Positions 1 to 9,693 are shown, counted from the first letter of the stretch. The stretch: DNA of 33,154 nucleotides from Thermodesulfobacteriota bacterium (GCA_034658755.1 JAYEFV010000312.1:1-33154); one strand, 5' to 3'. Made by a program: numbers and translations. Notes: generated by a model not told the origin, from the letters alone.

Positions 1-108
1 CAAATTCAAGGCGTGCAAATTTTGTAATCATGAGGCGTACTTATCGTACGTTGAATGGTTGCGAAATGCAGCACAACGCAGAAGTTGGACTTTTTACGAG
101 ACCGTCAA
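1..108. mobile_element. Right-hand part of a MITE-like palindromic element (left end outside window)
   Basis: Non-coding. Internal hairpin CGTAC-TTATC-GTACG, ending in GACTTTTTACGAGACCGTC(AA) at 88-108. From memory this resembles the terminal inverted repeat of a small repeat family in Desulfobacterales-like genomes; the partner end is not visible. Confidence 0.5.
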
Positions 109-150
109 CATTGTGTCACAATTTGAAACGATCCGTTTAGGTAAGAGGTA

Positions 151-1254
151 ATGCGCATGAAAACAAAGATTCTTTTGATTCTGGCGACAGTGTTGTTTTT
201 GGCCGTTGAGGGGTACGGTGCTTCGACCCAACCGGTTGACCTCGCTTCACTTGTGTCCTCCGTTAAAAATATGGACACGTTGTCGTTTTGCGGGGAGCGG
301 GTCCCCCTTGAAGATCAAGATGTTCAGGAACGATTTGAAAAAGAACTTCTGCTTTCGATTTGGGATCGGCCCCAGGTGATTCTTTGGCTGAAACGTTCCC
401 GTCGATATCTACCGTATATTGAAAAAATGTTGCGGGAAAACGGCATGCCGGACGATTTCAAGTATTTGGCCTTTGCCGAAAGTGCGCTTCGTCCCCATGC
501 GGGTTCCAGAAAGGGAGCGGTAGGATTTTGGCAGTTTCTGGCGGATACGGGCCGCAAGTACGGGCTGATAATTAATAAAAATATCGATGAGAGGCGGAAC
601 TTATTTGCCTCTACCCGGGCTGCGATATGTTATTTTAAGGCGCTTTACCAATCCGTGGGCTCCTGGACGCTAGCCGCTGCTGCGTATAATATGGGTGAAG
701 AAGGGCTACAGGCCGAAATTATAGTACAGCACACCCGCGATTATTACCGGCTCTATCTGCCGCTTGAAACCCAACGATTCATATTCCGCATTCTTTCGGT
801 TAAGCTGATTCTTTTGGATCCGGTTAAATTCGGATTTAATCTTAATGATGATGATTATTACCCTCCGCTTGAATTCGATCGGATCAGTATCGATTGTTTC
901 CAGGAAATTCCACTCAGCCTCATCGCCAGCGCTTCTCGAACGAATTTTAAAGTGCTAAAGGATCTTAATCCCGAAATTCGGGGACACTATCTTACCGAAG
1001 GAACCCATACAATTCTCATTTCCAAAGGGGCGAAAAAGGGGTTTAATACGCGTTATAAAAAACTGGTTAAGGATTATGAGTCAGACAAAACCGATCGGAT
1101 CTATGTCATTAAAGAGGGAGATAATCTATCCTCTATTGCAGAGAAGTTCGATGTGCCGCTGGCCGTCCTTATTATTTGGAACAGTATTGACTTAAATAAG
1201 CCGATCCATCCGGGAGATCGGCTTATTATTTATTCCAAGGACAAAAAAGAGTAA
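151..1254 (+). CDS. MltD-like lytic murein transglycosylase (SLT domain + C-terminal LysM)
   Basis: N-terminal signal peptide; SLT motifs AES (catalytic Glu), GFWQF and AAYNMGE; C-terminal LysM (YVIKEGDNLSSIAEKF...IHPGDRL); GAGG RBS upstream. Confidence 0.9.
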   Translation: MRMKTKILLILATVLFLAVEGYGASTQPVDLASLVSSVKNMDTLSFCGERVPLEDQDVQERFEKELLLSIWDRPQVILWLKRSRRYLPYIEKMLRENGMPDDFKYLAFAESALRPHAGSRKGAVGFWQFLADTGRKYGLIINKNIDERRNLFASTRAAICYFKALYQSVGSWTLAAAAYNMGEEGLQAEIIVQHTRDYYRLYLPLETQRFIFRILSVKLILLDPVKFGFNLNDDDYYPPLEFDRISIDCFQEIPLSLIASASRTNFKVLKDLNPEIRGHYLTEGTHTILISKGAKKGFNTRYKKLVKDYESDKTDRIYVIKEGDNLSSIAEKFDVPLAVLIIWNSIDLNKPIHPGDRLIIYSKDKKE

Positions 1255-1273
1255 CCCGGATTCGCCGGGAACC
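1252..1273 (+). repeat. Short palindromic repeat, TAA(C/T)CCGG-N5-CCGG family
   Basis: TAACCCGGATTCGCCGGGAACC starts at the mltD stop codon. Related copies on the - strand at ~21945-21964 (CTAACCCGGTCAAGCCGGAA) and ~22191-22210 (CCTAATCCGGATAAACCGGT). Confidence 0.55.
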
Positions 1274-1276
1274 TCA

Positions 1277-1376
1277 TAAACGTCTGGGAATTTCTATCCC
1301 GCTAGAAGCGGAAAAATTATAGAGTTTTTAATGGCTTCTGGTTCATACCGCTTCCATAGCATGATGGAATGATGGT
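1277..1376. repeat. Degenerate partial copy of the TGGAAT-type repeat element
   Basis: TAAACGTCTGGGAATTTCTA (1277-1296) matches the reverse complement of 29111-29130 at 18/20. It is followed ~70 nt later by ATGATGGAATGATGG, as in the 28895-29130 copy. Confidence 0.6.
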
Positions 1377-1563
1377 CAAAAACGTATAATTTGGTGTGCG
1401 GATCAAATTGTCATTATAGGTCCGGGACCGGATCAGGACAATGGTTTGACATTACAATAAAAGTCGTGGATCTATCTTGTATTTTTTTTTAGAATGGCTA
1501 TTTTGATATGAAAATGTTATTTTAGTTTATTCAATGTGCTTTTTTTGGCAAAATTTTTTTACT

Positions 1564-1645
1564 TTCGCCAACAAGACACCAAGGGCTCACTCAACAAAGA
1601 ATAACAAAATAAAATCCTTCGTGTCTTTTGTGCCTTGGTGGCAAA
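1564..1645. repeat. Imperfect hairpin repeat (GCCACCAAG(G/A)CAC...GTGCCTTGGTGGC family)
   Basis: Left arm TTCGCCAACAAGACACCAAGG pairs imperfectly with right arm CTTTTGTGCCTTGGTGGCAAA. A second copy at ~22088-22150 shares AAAGAATAA...ATCCTT.GTGTCTT...GTGCCTT.GTGGCAAAT. Confidence 0.75.
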
Positions 1646-1671
1646 TGTTATCGTGTTTGTTTTGAGACACT

Positions 1672-2331
1672 ATGAAATATTATCCGGTCAATCTTGATAT
1701 CCGAAATCGAAAATGCTTAGTGGTAGGCGGGGGTGACGTGGGCACTCGCAAGGTAATGACCCTGCTTGACTGTGGTGCAAGGGTAGTTGTTGTCAGCCCG
1801 GTGGTTACCGAAAAGATAGAGGAGCTTGCAAATAACGGTCAGATAAAATTACAAAAAAGGGGTTTCAAGTCCACAGATCTTGACCAAATGTTTCTGGTTA
1901 TCGGTGCAACAGACAACCCGGAATTGAACCGGCAGATTCATACCGCAGCAGAACGGCTCGGTATGCTGTGCAATATCGCGGATCACCCCGAAGTCTGTAA
2001 TTTTATCCTTCCGGCCATTGTAAACCGGGGAGATTTGATAATCGCCATCTCGACTTCCGGGAAAAGTCCTGCTTTTGCAAAAAAGATGCGGAAAGATCTT
2101 GAAAAGCAATTCGGAACCGAATATGCCGAATTTCTCAAACTTATGGGTGGAATCCGTAACAAACTTTTGAGTGCAGATCACGAACCCGAGGCTCATAAGC
2201 CTCTTTTTGAAAGGTTGATACAGCGAGACCTTGTTAAAATGATAAAAGACCGCGATATCGCGGCTGTTAATTCCTTGCTTTTTGAAATTCTTGGTGAAGG
2301 ATATGTATTCGACGAATTAATGGCAAACTAA
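1672..2331 (+). CDS. sirC: Precorrin-2 dehydrogenase / sirohydrochlorin ferrochelatase (SirC/Met8p/CysG N-terminal type)
   Basis: YYPVNL start, Rossmann VVGGGDVG..K, ATDNPELN, CNIAD.P..CNFILPA, IAISTSGKSPAFA; no methyltransferase domain. Confidence 0.9.
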   Translation: MKYYPVNLDIRNRKCLVVGGGDVGTRKVMTLLDCGARVVVVSPVVTEKIEELANNGQIKLQKRGFKSTDLDQMFLVIGATDNPELNRQIHTAAERLGMLCNIADHPEVCNFILPAIVNRGDLIIAISTSGKSPAFAKKMRKDLEKQFGTEYAEFLKLMGGIRNKLLSADHEPEAHKPLFERLIQRDLVKMIKDRDIAAVNSLLFEILGEGYVFDELMAN

Positions 2332-2364
2332 CCGACATCCAACCTGGTTTTGAAAAATGCATAG

Positions 2365-3195
2365 GTGCAATCAGTGGAAATTTTGATATTTATAACCATT
2401 TTCTTCTACATGCTGAGCACGGCAGGATACGTTGCCTATCTTTTCCTTCAGAAAAATTACTTTCAAAAGACCGGTTTTTATCTGATTTTAGCAGGCTTTT
2501 TATGTCATACGGCATCGATCGGTTATGGGTTTGTTCAATCCGGACATTTTCCCATAAATAATCTTCACCAAACCCTCTCCATGGCAGGCTGGACCATTGC
2601 CGGTGTTTTCCTGATCTTTCACTACAGATTCCATCTTAAGATTCTGGGTATATTTACCGCTCCCCTGGTCACCCTTGTAATGGTCATAGCATCCCGGTTA
2701 CCAAGTGCGCCGCATAAGGCCGACAGTATCTTAAACAATATATGGCTTGTTGCTCATGTCATTACCATCTTTATCGGCGAGGCGTCATTTGCTCTGGCCT
2801 GCGGGGTAGGGTTTTTGTATCTTGTGCAGGAACACACGATAAAATCCAAAACTCATGGATTTTTTTTCAAACGCCTTCCGTCTCTGGAACTTCTCGATAC
2901 AACCGGATATGCATGTATTGTTGCAGGGTTCACAATGCTTACTTTAGGACTTATAACCGGTTTCATCTATGCCAAATCGGTCTGGGGAAGATTCTGGAGT
3001 TGGGACCCCAAAGAGGTTTGGTCAGGTATAACCTGGCTTTTGTATGCAGCCTTGCTCCACCAGCGTCTCACGGTAGGATGGAGGGGGCGGAGGGCGGCAA
3101 TTATGGCAATTATCGGTTTTGCAGTCATTTTATTTACTTTTTTTGGCGTTAACTTTCTATTGCAGGGCCATCACGGAGAATTTACAAAATTGTGA
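2365..3195 (+). CDS. ccsA: Cytochrome c biogenesis CcsA / HemX-like heme-handling membrane protein
   Basis: Multiple TM helices, WWD motif WGRFWSWDPKE, conserved His residues; GTG start; lies between sirC and hemA. Confidence 0.85.
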   Translation: MQSVEILIFITIFFYMLSTAGYVAYLFLQKNYFQKTGFYLILAGFLCHTASIGYGFVQSGHFPINNLHQTLSMAGWTIAGVFLIFHYRFHLKILGIFTAPLVTLVMVIASRLPSAPHKADSILNNIWLVAHVITIFIGEASFALACGVGFLYLVQEHTIKSKTHGFFFKRLPSLELLDTTGYACIVAGFTMLTLGLITGFIYAKSVWGRFWSWDPKEVWSGITWLLYAALLHQRLTVGWRGRRAAIMAIIGFAVILFTFFGVNFLLQGHHGEFTKL

Positions 3196-3229
3196 ATGTG
3201 GGGCTAAACATCTTACATTATAAAGAAAT

Positions 3230-4498
3230 ATGTTAGAAATCGTCTTATTGGGATTGAATCATAAAACAGCACCGGTGGCATTGAGGGAGTGCCTCGCCTT
3301 CTCGCCAGAGGAGACATCCGTTGTGCTGAGAGCTTTTCAAGAATCACCGGTGATCAGTGAAGCAGTTCTTGTTTCAACCTGCAACCGTGTAGAAATTCTC
3401 ATGGCCACCGAGGACAAAGCCAATGCGGTTAAGGCTGCTAAAATGTTTCTATCCGAATTTAAAAAGCTACCTGCTTCCGAATTTGAAAAATCCCTTTATA
3501 TCCATAAGGATGATGATGCTGTCCGGCATATGTTCAGAGTTGCCTCGAGTCTTGACTCCATGGTTGTTGGAGAGCCGCAAGTACTAGGTCAGTTAAAAGA
3601 AGCTTATAAAATGGCTACGTTAAAAAAAACATCCGGTGTTATTCTGAACAAGTTGTTTCATCGAACCTTTTTCGTGGCGAAACGTGTTCGTAGTGAAACC
3701 GGGATCGGAGATCATGCGGTATCCATCAGTTATGCGGCTATTGAACTGGGGCGCAAAATATTCGGCGCCTTTGAAGGAAAAAAGGTGCTCCTTATCGGAG
3801 CCGGGGAAATGGCTGAGCTGGCGGTTGAACATCTGATTCGAAATAAAGCCGGGGATATTCTGGTTGCTAACAGAACGTTTGAAAACGGTGTTAAACTTGC
3901 CAAAAGGTTCAAGGGCGAAGCGATCCGATTTGAAGAGATTGCAGACAGCTTACAGCACGTTGATATTGTTATCAGTTCTACCGGTTCAACCGATTATGTT
4001 GTTACACGAAAACATGTAAAGGCGATCATACGCCGCCGCCGGAATCGTCCTATTTTTTTTATTGATATCGCTGTACCCCGAGATATCGATCCGGAAATAA
4101 ACCGCCTGACCAATTCATATGTTTATGACATTGATGACCTAAAAGGGGTCATCGATGAAAGTATTGAAAACCGCAACAAGGAGGCTATTAAAGGGGAAAG
4201 AATTGTTGACGAGGCTGTCATCGGTTTCAGGCAGTGGTATGACAATCTGGATGTGGTACCCACAATTGTTGCGTTAAGGAACAAAATGGACGGCATTGCC
4301 AAAGCGGAAATAAAAAAAACATTGTATTCTTTAAAACATCTGTCAGATGATGATCGCCAAGCCATTACCCGAATGACGAGCGCCATGATAAATAAGATCC
4401 TGCATGATCCCATGCTGTTATTAAAGAGCAATGGATATCATCAAGACAAATCCGGCTACCTCGACATTACCCGAAAACTTTTTAAACTTGATGAGTAA
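3230..4498 (+). CDS. hemA: Glutamyl-tRNA reductase
   Basis: GLNHKTAPVALRE, STCNRVE, SLDSMVVGEPQ, GAGEMA, DIAVPRDID motifs. Confidence 0.97.
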   Translation: MLEIVLLGLNHKTAPVALRECLAFSPEETSVVLRAFQESPVISEAVLVSTCNRVEILMATEDKANAVKAAKMFLSEFKKLPASEFEKSLYIHKDDDAVRHMFRVASSLDSMVVGEPQVLGQLKEAYKMATLKKTSGVILNKLFHRTFFVAKRVRSETGIGDHAVSISYAAIELGRKIFGAFEGKKVLLIGAGEMAELAVEHLIRNKAGDILVANRTFENGVKLAKRFKGEAIRFEEIADSLQHVDIVISSTGSTDYVVTRKHVKAIIRRRRNRPIFFIDIAVPRDIDPEINRLTNSYVYDIDDLKGVIDESIENRNKEAIKGERIVDEAVIGFRQWYDNLDVVPTIVALRNKMDGIAKAEIKKTLYSLKHLSDDDRQAITRMTSAMINKILHDPMLLLKSNGYHQDKSGYLDITRKLFKLDE

Positions 4499-4511
4499 AT
4501 GGAGGACGACG

Positions 4512-5450
4512 TTGAAAAAAACAGCATTCCTTTTTCCCGGTCAGGGATCACAATCTGTGGGTATGGGTCTTGATTTTTATCAGGAATACGACAGTGTCAG
4601 GGAAATTTTTGACATGGCGGAAGAGATAACCAGAATTAATATATCTAAATTGTGTTTCAAAGGCCCTTTCGACGAGCTTACCCAAACGGTGAATCTTCAG
4701 CCTTCAGTAACCGCTGTGAATCTGGCCTGCCTTTCTGCAATTGAAAAAGAGGGTGTCAGGCCCGATGTATCCGCCGGCCATAGTCTGGGCGAATACAGTG
4801 CAATGCATGCATCAAACATCATATCAAAAGAAGATACCATCAAACTCGTTTTTAAAAGAGGTGCACTGATGCACCGTGAAGCAACCCGGTATAAAGGGGC
4901 CATGCACGCAATTATCGGGCTGCCTATAAATACCGTCGAAGAACTTGTCGCCGAGGTACAACAAGAGGGAATTGTTGCCGTGGCAAATCACAACACCGAA
5001 CAGCAAATTGTAATAACCGGAGCGCCGGATATGGTTAGAAAGGTTTCTTCCCTGGCAGCTTCCCAGGGCGCCAAAGCCATCCCGTTGAAAGTTAGCGGGG
5101 CATGGCACAGTGAATTGATAAAAGGCGCCCAGCAAACGTTTAGTGACTTTATGGAATCAATACCTTTTAACACACCGGAAAGGCCCGTGCTTTTTAATGT
5201 AACGGCTGACTATGTTAAAGATACCGATGCAATCAAATCGATAATGGTCCGGCAGCTTTGCAACCCTGTAAAATGGTATGACTTAGTCTGCAGGCTTATG
5301 TCAGAAAACGTGGAGGTCTTTGTTGAAGTAGGCCCGGGAAAGGTTCTTACCGGTTTAATAAAAAAGATTTTACCCAAGGATTATCCCTGTAAAATATACA
5401 CGGTAAACAGCATGAAGCAGCTGGAGCGATTCTTGAAACAAACAACTTGA
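4512..5450 (+). CDS. fabD: Malonyl-CoA:ACP transacylase
   Basis: FPGQGSQ, GHSLGE, VSGAWHS, EVGPG motifs. Start moved from 4431 to TTG 4512, which follows GGAGG at 4501-4505 and avoids overlap with hemA. Confidence 0.95.
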   Translation: MKKTAFLFPGQGSQSVGMGLDFYQEYDSVREIFDMAEEITRINISKLCFKGPFDELTQTVNLQPSVTAVNLACLSAIEKEGVRPDVSAGHSLGEYSAMHASNIISKEDTIKLVFKRGALMHREATRYKGAMHAIIGLPINTVEELVAEVQQEGIVAVANHNTEQQIVITGAPDMVRKVSSLAASQGAKAIPLKVSGAWHSELIKGAQQTFSDFMESIPFNTPERPVLFNVTADYVKDTDAIKSIMVRQLCNPVKWYDLVCRLMSENVEVFVEVGPGKVLTGLIKKILPKDYPCKIYTVNSMKQLERFLKQTT

Positions 5451-5489
5451 TTTTTCCATGATAATATAACGTATATTGATGTATGTGTC

Positions 5490-5525
5490 TTTTTACACGC
5501 CATCACAGATGATGAAGTGTAAAAA
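5490..5525. terminator. Hairpin downstream of fabD, possible terminator
   Basis: TTTTTACAC...GTGTAAAAA outer stem with inner CATCA-CAGA-TGATG stem. The T tract is on the 5' side on the + strand, so it is not a textbook + strand terminator. Confidence 0.45.
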
Positions 5526-5596
5526 CTAAGAAAAGTGAGCTTTTAAAAGGATTGTCGAATTAATTTTTAAAAATTACAAAAAAATAAATTTTATTC

Positions 5597-5625
5597 TTTA
5601 CATAGACATTTTGTTGATGTAAATT
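5597..5625 (+). promoter_or_regulatory. Putative sigma-70 promoter for dksA
   Basis: TTTACA-N17-TAAATT with AT-rich upstream sequence, ~50 nt before the dksA ATG. Confidence 0.5.
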
Positions 5626-5673
5626 TATTATTTTTAAAAAATTTGAGTTATTGATTATTTCAAAGGCGTTGCC

Positions 5674-6036
5674 ATGAAACAGGATGATATCGAATATTTT
5701 AAAGAGTTTTTAACCAACCGGTTAGAAGAACTGTTAAGTCATGCAGACAATACTGTCTCAGGCATGACCACCCCAAAAGAGAATTTTCCGGATCCAGCGG
5801 ACCGCGCTTCTCTTGAAGCGGACCGGAATTTTATGCTTCGCATAAGGGATAGAGAAAACAAACTTATCAAGAAGATTAAAAAAACCTTAAACCGTATTGA
5901 CGACGGCACCTTCGGATTCTGTGAAAAGTGCGGTGAAGAGATTTCAACGAGTCGCCTTAAGGCCAGACCGGTTACCACCTTATGTATTGATTGTAAGACC
6001 AAAGAAGAGGCTTTTGAAAAAGCCCTTGGATTATAA
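5674..6036 (+). CDS. dksA: RNA polymerase-binding protein DksA
   Basis: Coiled-coil tip DPADRA (DxxDxA), C4 zinc finger CEKC...CIDC, RLKARP. Confidence 0.95.
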   Translation: MKQDDIEYFKEFLTNRLEELLSHADNTVSGMTTPKENFPDPADRASLEADRNFMLRIRDRENKLIKKIKKTLNRIDDGTFGFCEKCGEEISTSRLKARPVTTLCIDCKTKEEAFEKALGL

Positions 6037-6043
6037 TAAGAAT

Positions 6044-6913
6044 GTGAACATAGACCTTCATATTCATTCAACAGCTTCTGATGGAACACTTTCGCCATTA
6101 GAAATCCTCAATATGGCTCAAAACCTCAACCTCGGGGCCATATCCATTACAGATCATGACACCATAGACGGAACAAAGGAAGCCCTTGCCATTGGGATAC
6201 CCCCTTCCGTTAATTTTTTAACCGGTGTTGAAATCAGTGCGGTTCCACCACCAACTTTTTCTTTTCCGGGAAGCTTTCATATTTTGGGTTATGCTATTAA
6301 TATTGATGATTCTGTATTAAATCAAACACTTGTTGCACTCCAGAAGGCGAGAAAGAATAGAAACCCCCGGATTATTGAACTGCTGAATCGAATGGGGCTC
6401 GAACTTACGTTGAAAGAAATACGGAAAGATGCCGGAGAATGTCAGCTTGGAAGACCTCATATTGCAAAGCAAATGGTAAAAAAAGGTTTTGTTCAATCGG
6501 TTGCCAAGGCATTTGACAACTATCTGGCAAAAGGTCAACCGGCATATGTTGATAAATATCGTGTTGACTGTGACAGAGCAATTGAAGTCATACTCAATGC
6601 CGGAGGAATTCCTGTTCTGGCCCATCCCGTTCTTCTCAAAATCAAAAATGATGATGTCCTTGAAACGCTGGTTACTCGTTTAAAGGAAATGGGCCTTAAA
6701 GGAATAGAAGCCTATTATCCTGAACACACGCCGGATCTTATTGCCAGATATACCGAGATAGCAAACCGGAACGGATTATTAATTACAGGCGGTACAGATT
6801 TCCACGGTTCTATAAAGCCCGAAATTAAAATGGGGTCAGGTAGAGGAAATTTTTCCGTCCCCTATGAATTATATGAAAATATTGTAACATCCCAAAAAGT
6901 TTTGGTGTATTAA
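6044..6913 (+). CDS. PHP-domain metal-dependent phosphoesterase, TrpH/YciV (RNase AM-like) family
   Basis: DLHIHSTASDG, ITDHDT, GVEIS, HILGY, GRPHIA, VLAHP, GGTDFHG motifs. Start moved to GTG 6044 just after the dksA stop. Confidence 0.88.
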   Translation: MNIDLHIHSTASDGTLSPLEILNMAQNLNLGAISITDHDTIDGTKEALAIGIPPSVNFLTGVEISAVPPPTFSFPGSFHILGYAINIDDSVLNQTLVALQKARKNRNPRIIELLNRMGLELTLKEIRKDAGECQLGRPHIAKQMVKKGFVQSVAKAFDNYLAKGQPAYVDKYRVDCDRAIEVILNAGGIPVLAHPVLLKIKNDDVLETLVTRLKEMGLKGIEAYYPEHTPDLIARYTEIANRNGLLITGGTDFHGSIKPEIKMGSGRGNFSVPYELYENIVTSQKVLVY

Positions 6914-6997
6914 TTGATGATATGGACCCTATAATTTATTGTACCAGTTACAAAATATTTTTCATAAAAAACACAAAATTTGTAACCAAGGAAGTAA

Positions 6998-7699
6998 ATG
7001 ATACAAACAGATCTGTCTGAATTAACCCGCAAACTTAATTATGAATTTAAGAATACGGATTTTCTTGTTGAATCCTTAAGACACAGTTCATTTGTCAATG
7101 AACAACTCGAAACAGACCTTCAGGATAATGAGCGCCTTGAATTTCTTGGGGATGCTGTTTTAAATCTTGTAGTGGGGCACATCCTCATGCAAAGATATCC
7201 GGAGTTAAAGGAGGGCGATCTATCCAGGATGAGGGCCAATCTGGTTAATGAATCTCAACTTGCATCCATTGCCCGCGGAATAGATCTTGGTTCCTATATA
7301 CAACTGGGCAAGGGAGAGATCCAATCAAAGGGCTGGAATAAGAAATCGATACTGGCAGACACCTTTGAAGCTGTAATTGCAGCGGTTTATATAGATGGCG
7401 GTTTTGATGCTGTTTTTAATATCATTGACGGTCATTTTTCGTTTTTGATTAATTCCGTAACCACACCTACTGCCAATCATGATTTCAAAAGCCAGATTCA
7501 GGAACTTGTCCAGATGGAATACAGATCCGTGCCGATTTACAGTGTCGTTCATGAAAGCGGTCCGGATCACGACAAAACCTTTCGGGTGCAGTTGAAAGTC
7601 GGTGAGGTCCAGACAGAAGGAATCGGAAAGAGCAAGAAGGCCGCTGAGCAGGATGCTGCCAGAAAAGGCCTTGATATTTTAAAATCCGGACCGGGTTAA
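6998..7699 (+). CDS. rnc: Ribonuclease III
   Basis: NERLEFLGDAVL signature, ADTFEA, C-terminal dsRBD (GPDHDKTF...GKSKKAAEQDAA). Confidence 0.97.
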   Translation: MIQTDLSELTRKLNYEFKNTDFLVESLRHSSFVNEQLETDLQDNERLEFLGDAVLNLVVGHILMQRYPELKEGDLSRMRANLVNESQLASIARGIDLGSYIQLGKGEIQSKGWNKKSILADTFEAVIAAVYIDGGFDAVFNIIDGHFSFLINSVTTPTANHDFKSQIQELVQMEYRSVPIYSVVHESGPDHDKTFRVQLKVGEVQTEGIGKSKKAAEQDAARKGLDILKSGPG

Positions 7700-7790
7700 G
7701 CGGTCGAGTTGTTTAGATCTTAAACCTAAAACGTAATGAATTTGTTTTTTTACGCATTCATCAATTGTAATAATTTGGAAAAAGATTGCA

Positions 7791-8822
7791 TTGATTAAAA
7801 AGAAAAACACCCCTTTTGTCATTCCGATCTTTTTACCCAATGTCGGGTGTCCGCATCAGTGCGCTTTCTGCAACCAAACATCCATCACCGGTGTAACGCG
7901 TGACACTATTTCTCCGGAAAAACTTTATTTGCTGATAAATGAGTTTCTTCAATATAAAGAGAGACATAGACGGTCTGTTCAGGTGGCTTTCTACGGCGGG
8001 AATTTTCTGGGCCTGAAAAAAGATTACATCAGGCTTCTACTTGATGAAACGACAAAATTTGTAAAGAACAAAAGAGTTGACAGTATTCGGTTTTCTACCA
8101 GGCCGGATACTATAGGCGTTGAACAGCTTGATACAATTAAGAATTATCCTGTTTCAACCATTGAAATCGGTGTTCAGTCCATGGATAATCAGGTGCTGGC
8201 TAAGGCAAAACGGGGACACACCGCCTTGGATACGGAAAAAGCAGCGGCCATGCTAAAAGAGCGGAACTATGAAGTCGGTATGCAGATGATGGTTGCACTA
8301 CCGGGTGATGACGAAACCAAATCCCTTATTACCGCACAAAGAATGGCATCACTTTCTCCGGATTTTGTCAGGATTTATCCTACGGTTGTTCTTGCAAGCA
8401 GCCGTCTTGCCGTATGGTATAAAAAAGGAGAATATACTCCCTGGTCTCTTTCGCGATGCGTACCCTTTGTAAAAAATCTTTACCTTTTTTTCAAAAGCAA
8501 AAAGATACCGGTCATTCGTATGGGGCTTCAGGCCTCAGAGGATCTTGCAAAAGACACGACAATTTTAGCAGGACCTTACCATCCGGCTTTCGGACATATG
8601 ATTCATTCCGAAATCTTTCTTGATATGGCCACATCACTCATGGAAGCCGAGAAGGGCTCTTGTGACAAAATTACCATAAAAGTTAACCCCCGAAGCATTT
8701 CAAAAATGAGGGGGTTAAAAAATAAGAACGTGGCATGCCTGAAAAGAAAATTTCAAATCAAATCACTCGAAATTATTCCGGATCTTTCCCTTGCTGAAGA
8801 TAAATTGACTGTCGCGTCATGA
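7791..8822 (+). CDS. Radical SAM protein, Elp3/YhcC-like group without acetyltransferase domain
   Basis: CX3CX2C (CPHQCAFC), FYGG, STRPD, EIGVQS, RIYPT, C-terminal GPYHPAFG; TTG start uncertain. Confidence 0.88.
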   Translation: MIKKKNTPFVIPIFLPNVGCPHQCAFCNQTSITGVTRDTISPEKLYLLINEFLQYKERHRRSVQVAFYGGNFLGLKKDYIRLLLDETTKFVKNKRVDSIRFSTRPDTIGVEQLDTIKNYPVSTIEIGVQSMDNQVLAKAKRGHTALDTEKAAAMLKERNYEVGMQMMVALPGDDETKSLITAQRMASLSPDFVRIYPTVVLASSRLAVWYKKGEYTPWSLSRCVPFVKNLYLFFKSKKIPVIRMGLQASEDLAKDTTILAGPYHPAFGHMIHSEIFLDMATSLMEAEKGSCDKITIKVNPRSISKMRGLKNKNVACLKRKFQIKSLEIIPDLSLAEDKLTVAS

Positions 8823-8896
8823 ACCTATTATTACCCAAAATATCCATGGAATGAACGGGGTAATCTTGTTTGATGATCAATGGATGAGTCTGTTGA

Positions 8897-9508
8897 TTAA
8901 TGGATAAGGTCAAGCATTTTCCGTGATGTGTATTCTCCCACATCCGCCAGAGCGTCTATGGGCAAAAACGATAGGGCATTATTTGAATAAAGGCAGGTGA
9001 CCGAAGCCGAAAAATCGTCATCGGCGTCATAGAAAATATAGCAGAGGGCTATTTTGGGCAACGGGTAGACAATAAATGAAAAATCGCCTTTCACACTTGC
9101 CGGAGCGTTACATCCGAGGAGGTTTGCCATAAGTTGGTCTCTTGCTTTTTGGATTTTATCAACGTGTGGCACCAGAATCTGTTGAGTATGGGTGACGAAA
9201 GCCCTGGCATAGGGCATACTGTTTGGAAAATCCTTAAAGGCTTTTAACGGCTCCAGCATGCTTGGCTTTGGCCTGGCATGGAGCGCATACAGGGAAATCA
9301 GAATCCCGATCACGCCTGTCTGTTGGACTGCGTCCAGAAAGATTCCATCGGGTCGAAGCTCACATTTCTCACCAAACGCATCAAATAAAAAGGAATCTCC
9401 ATCCCGTTCCGAGGGTAAAACCCGTGCCAGATTTTCCGGGCAATTTTCATAAAGTCTTTTAAGATTATCCCGTACAATTTTAGCGTAATTGTCGCCCATA
9501 ACTTCCAT
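8897..9508 (-). CDS. Conserved hypothetical protein, DUF3786-like
   Basis: FKDFPNSMPY..AF and PLPKIAL..IFYDADDDFSAS pattern recalled from DUF3786 proteins. Start may be the second Met (MGDN). Confidence 0.7.
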   Translation of the reverse strand: MEVMGDNYAKIVRDNLKRLYENCPENLARVLPSERDGDSFLFDAFGEKCELRPDGIFLDAVQQTGVIGILISLYALHARPKPSMLEPLKAFKDFPNSMPYARAFVTHTQQILVPHVDKIQKARDQLMANLLGCNAPASVKGDFSFIVYPLPKIALCYIFYDADDDFSASVTCLYSNNALSFLPIDALADVGEYTSRKMLDLIH

Positions 9509-9693
9509 ACTTAATATTCTCCATTTTTTGCTTTGTTTATCACGACGATTTACAATATTTAAATTTGATTTGATTTTTTAAATGAATTTATATAGTTAGT
9601 AAAGTAGAAACTAACTTTTCCATAAATTATGAATCAGATTATTAACTCGACTTTCTATGATTATTCGCTTATGGAGAGATAAATTCTTGAAGG

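Noticed and set aside
4431-4511. N-terminal extension of FabD in the ORF track
   Set aside because: Overlaps hemA; an RBS plus TTG at 4512 gives the canonical FabD start.
5897-6043. N-terminal extension of the PHP protein, or a dksA-PHP frameshift fusion
   Set aside because: Overlaps dksA in another frame; dksA is complete with tandem TAA stops, and the PHP domain starts at 6044.
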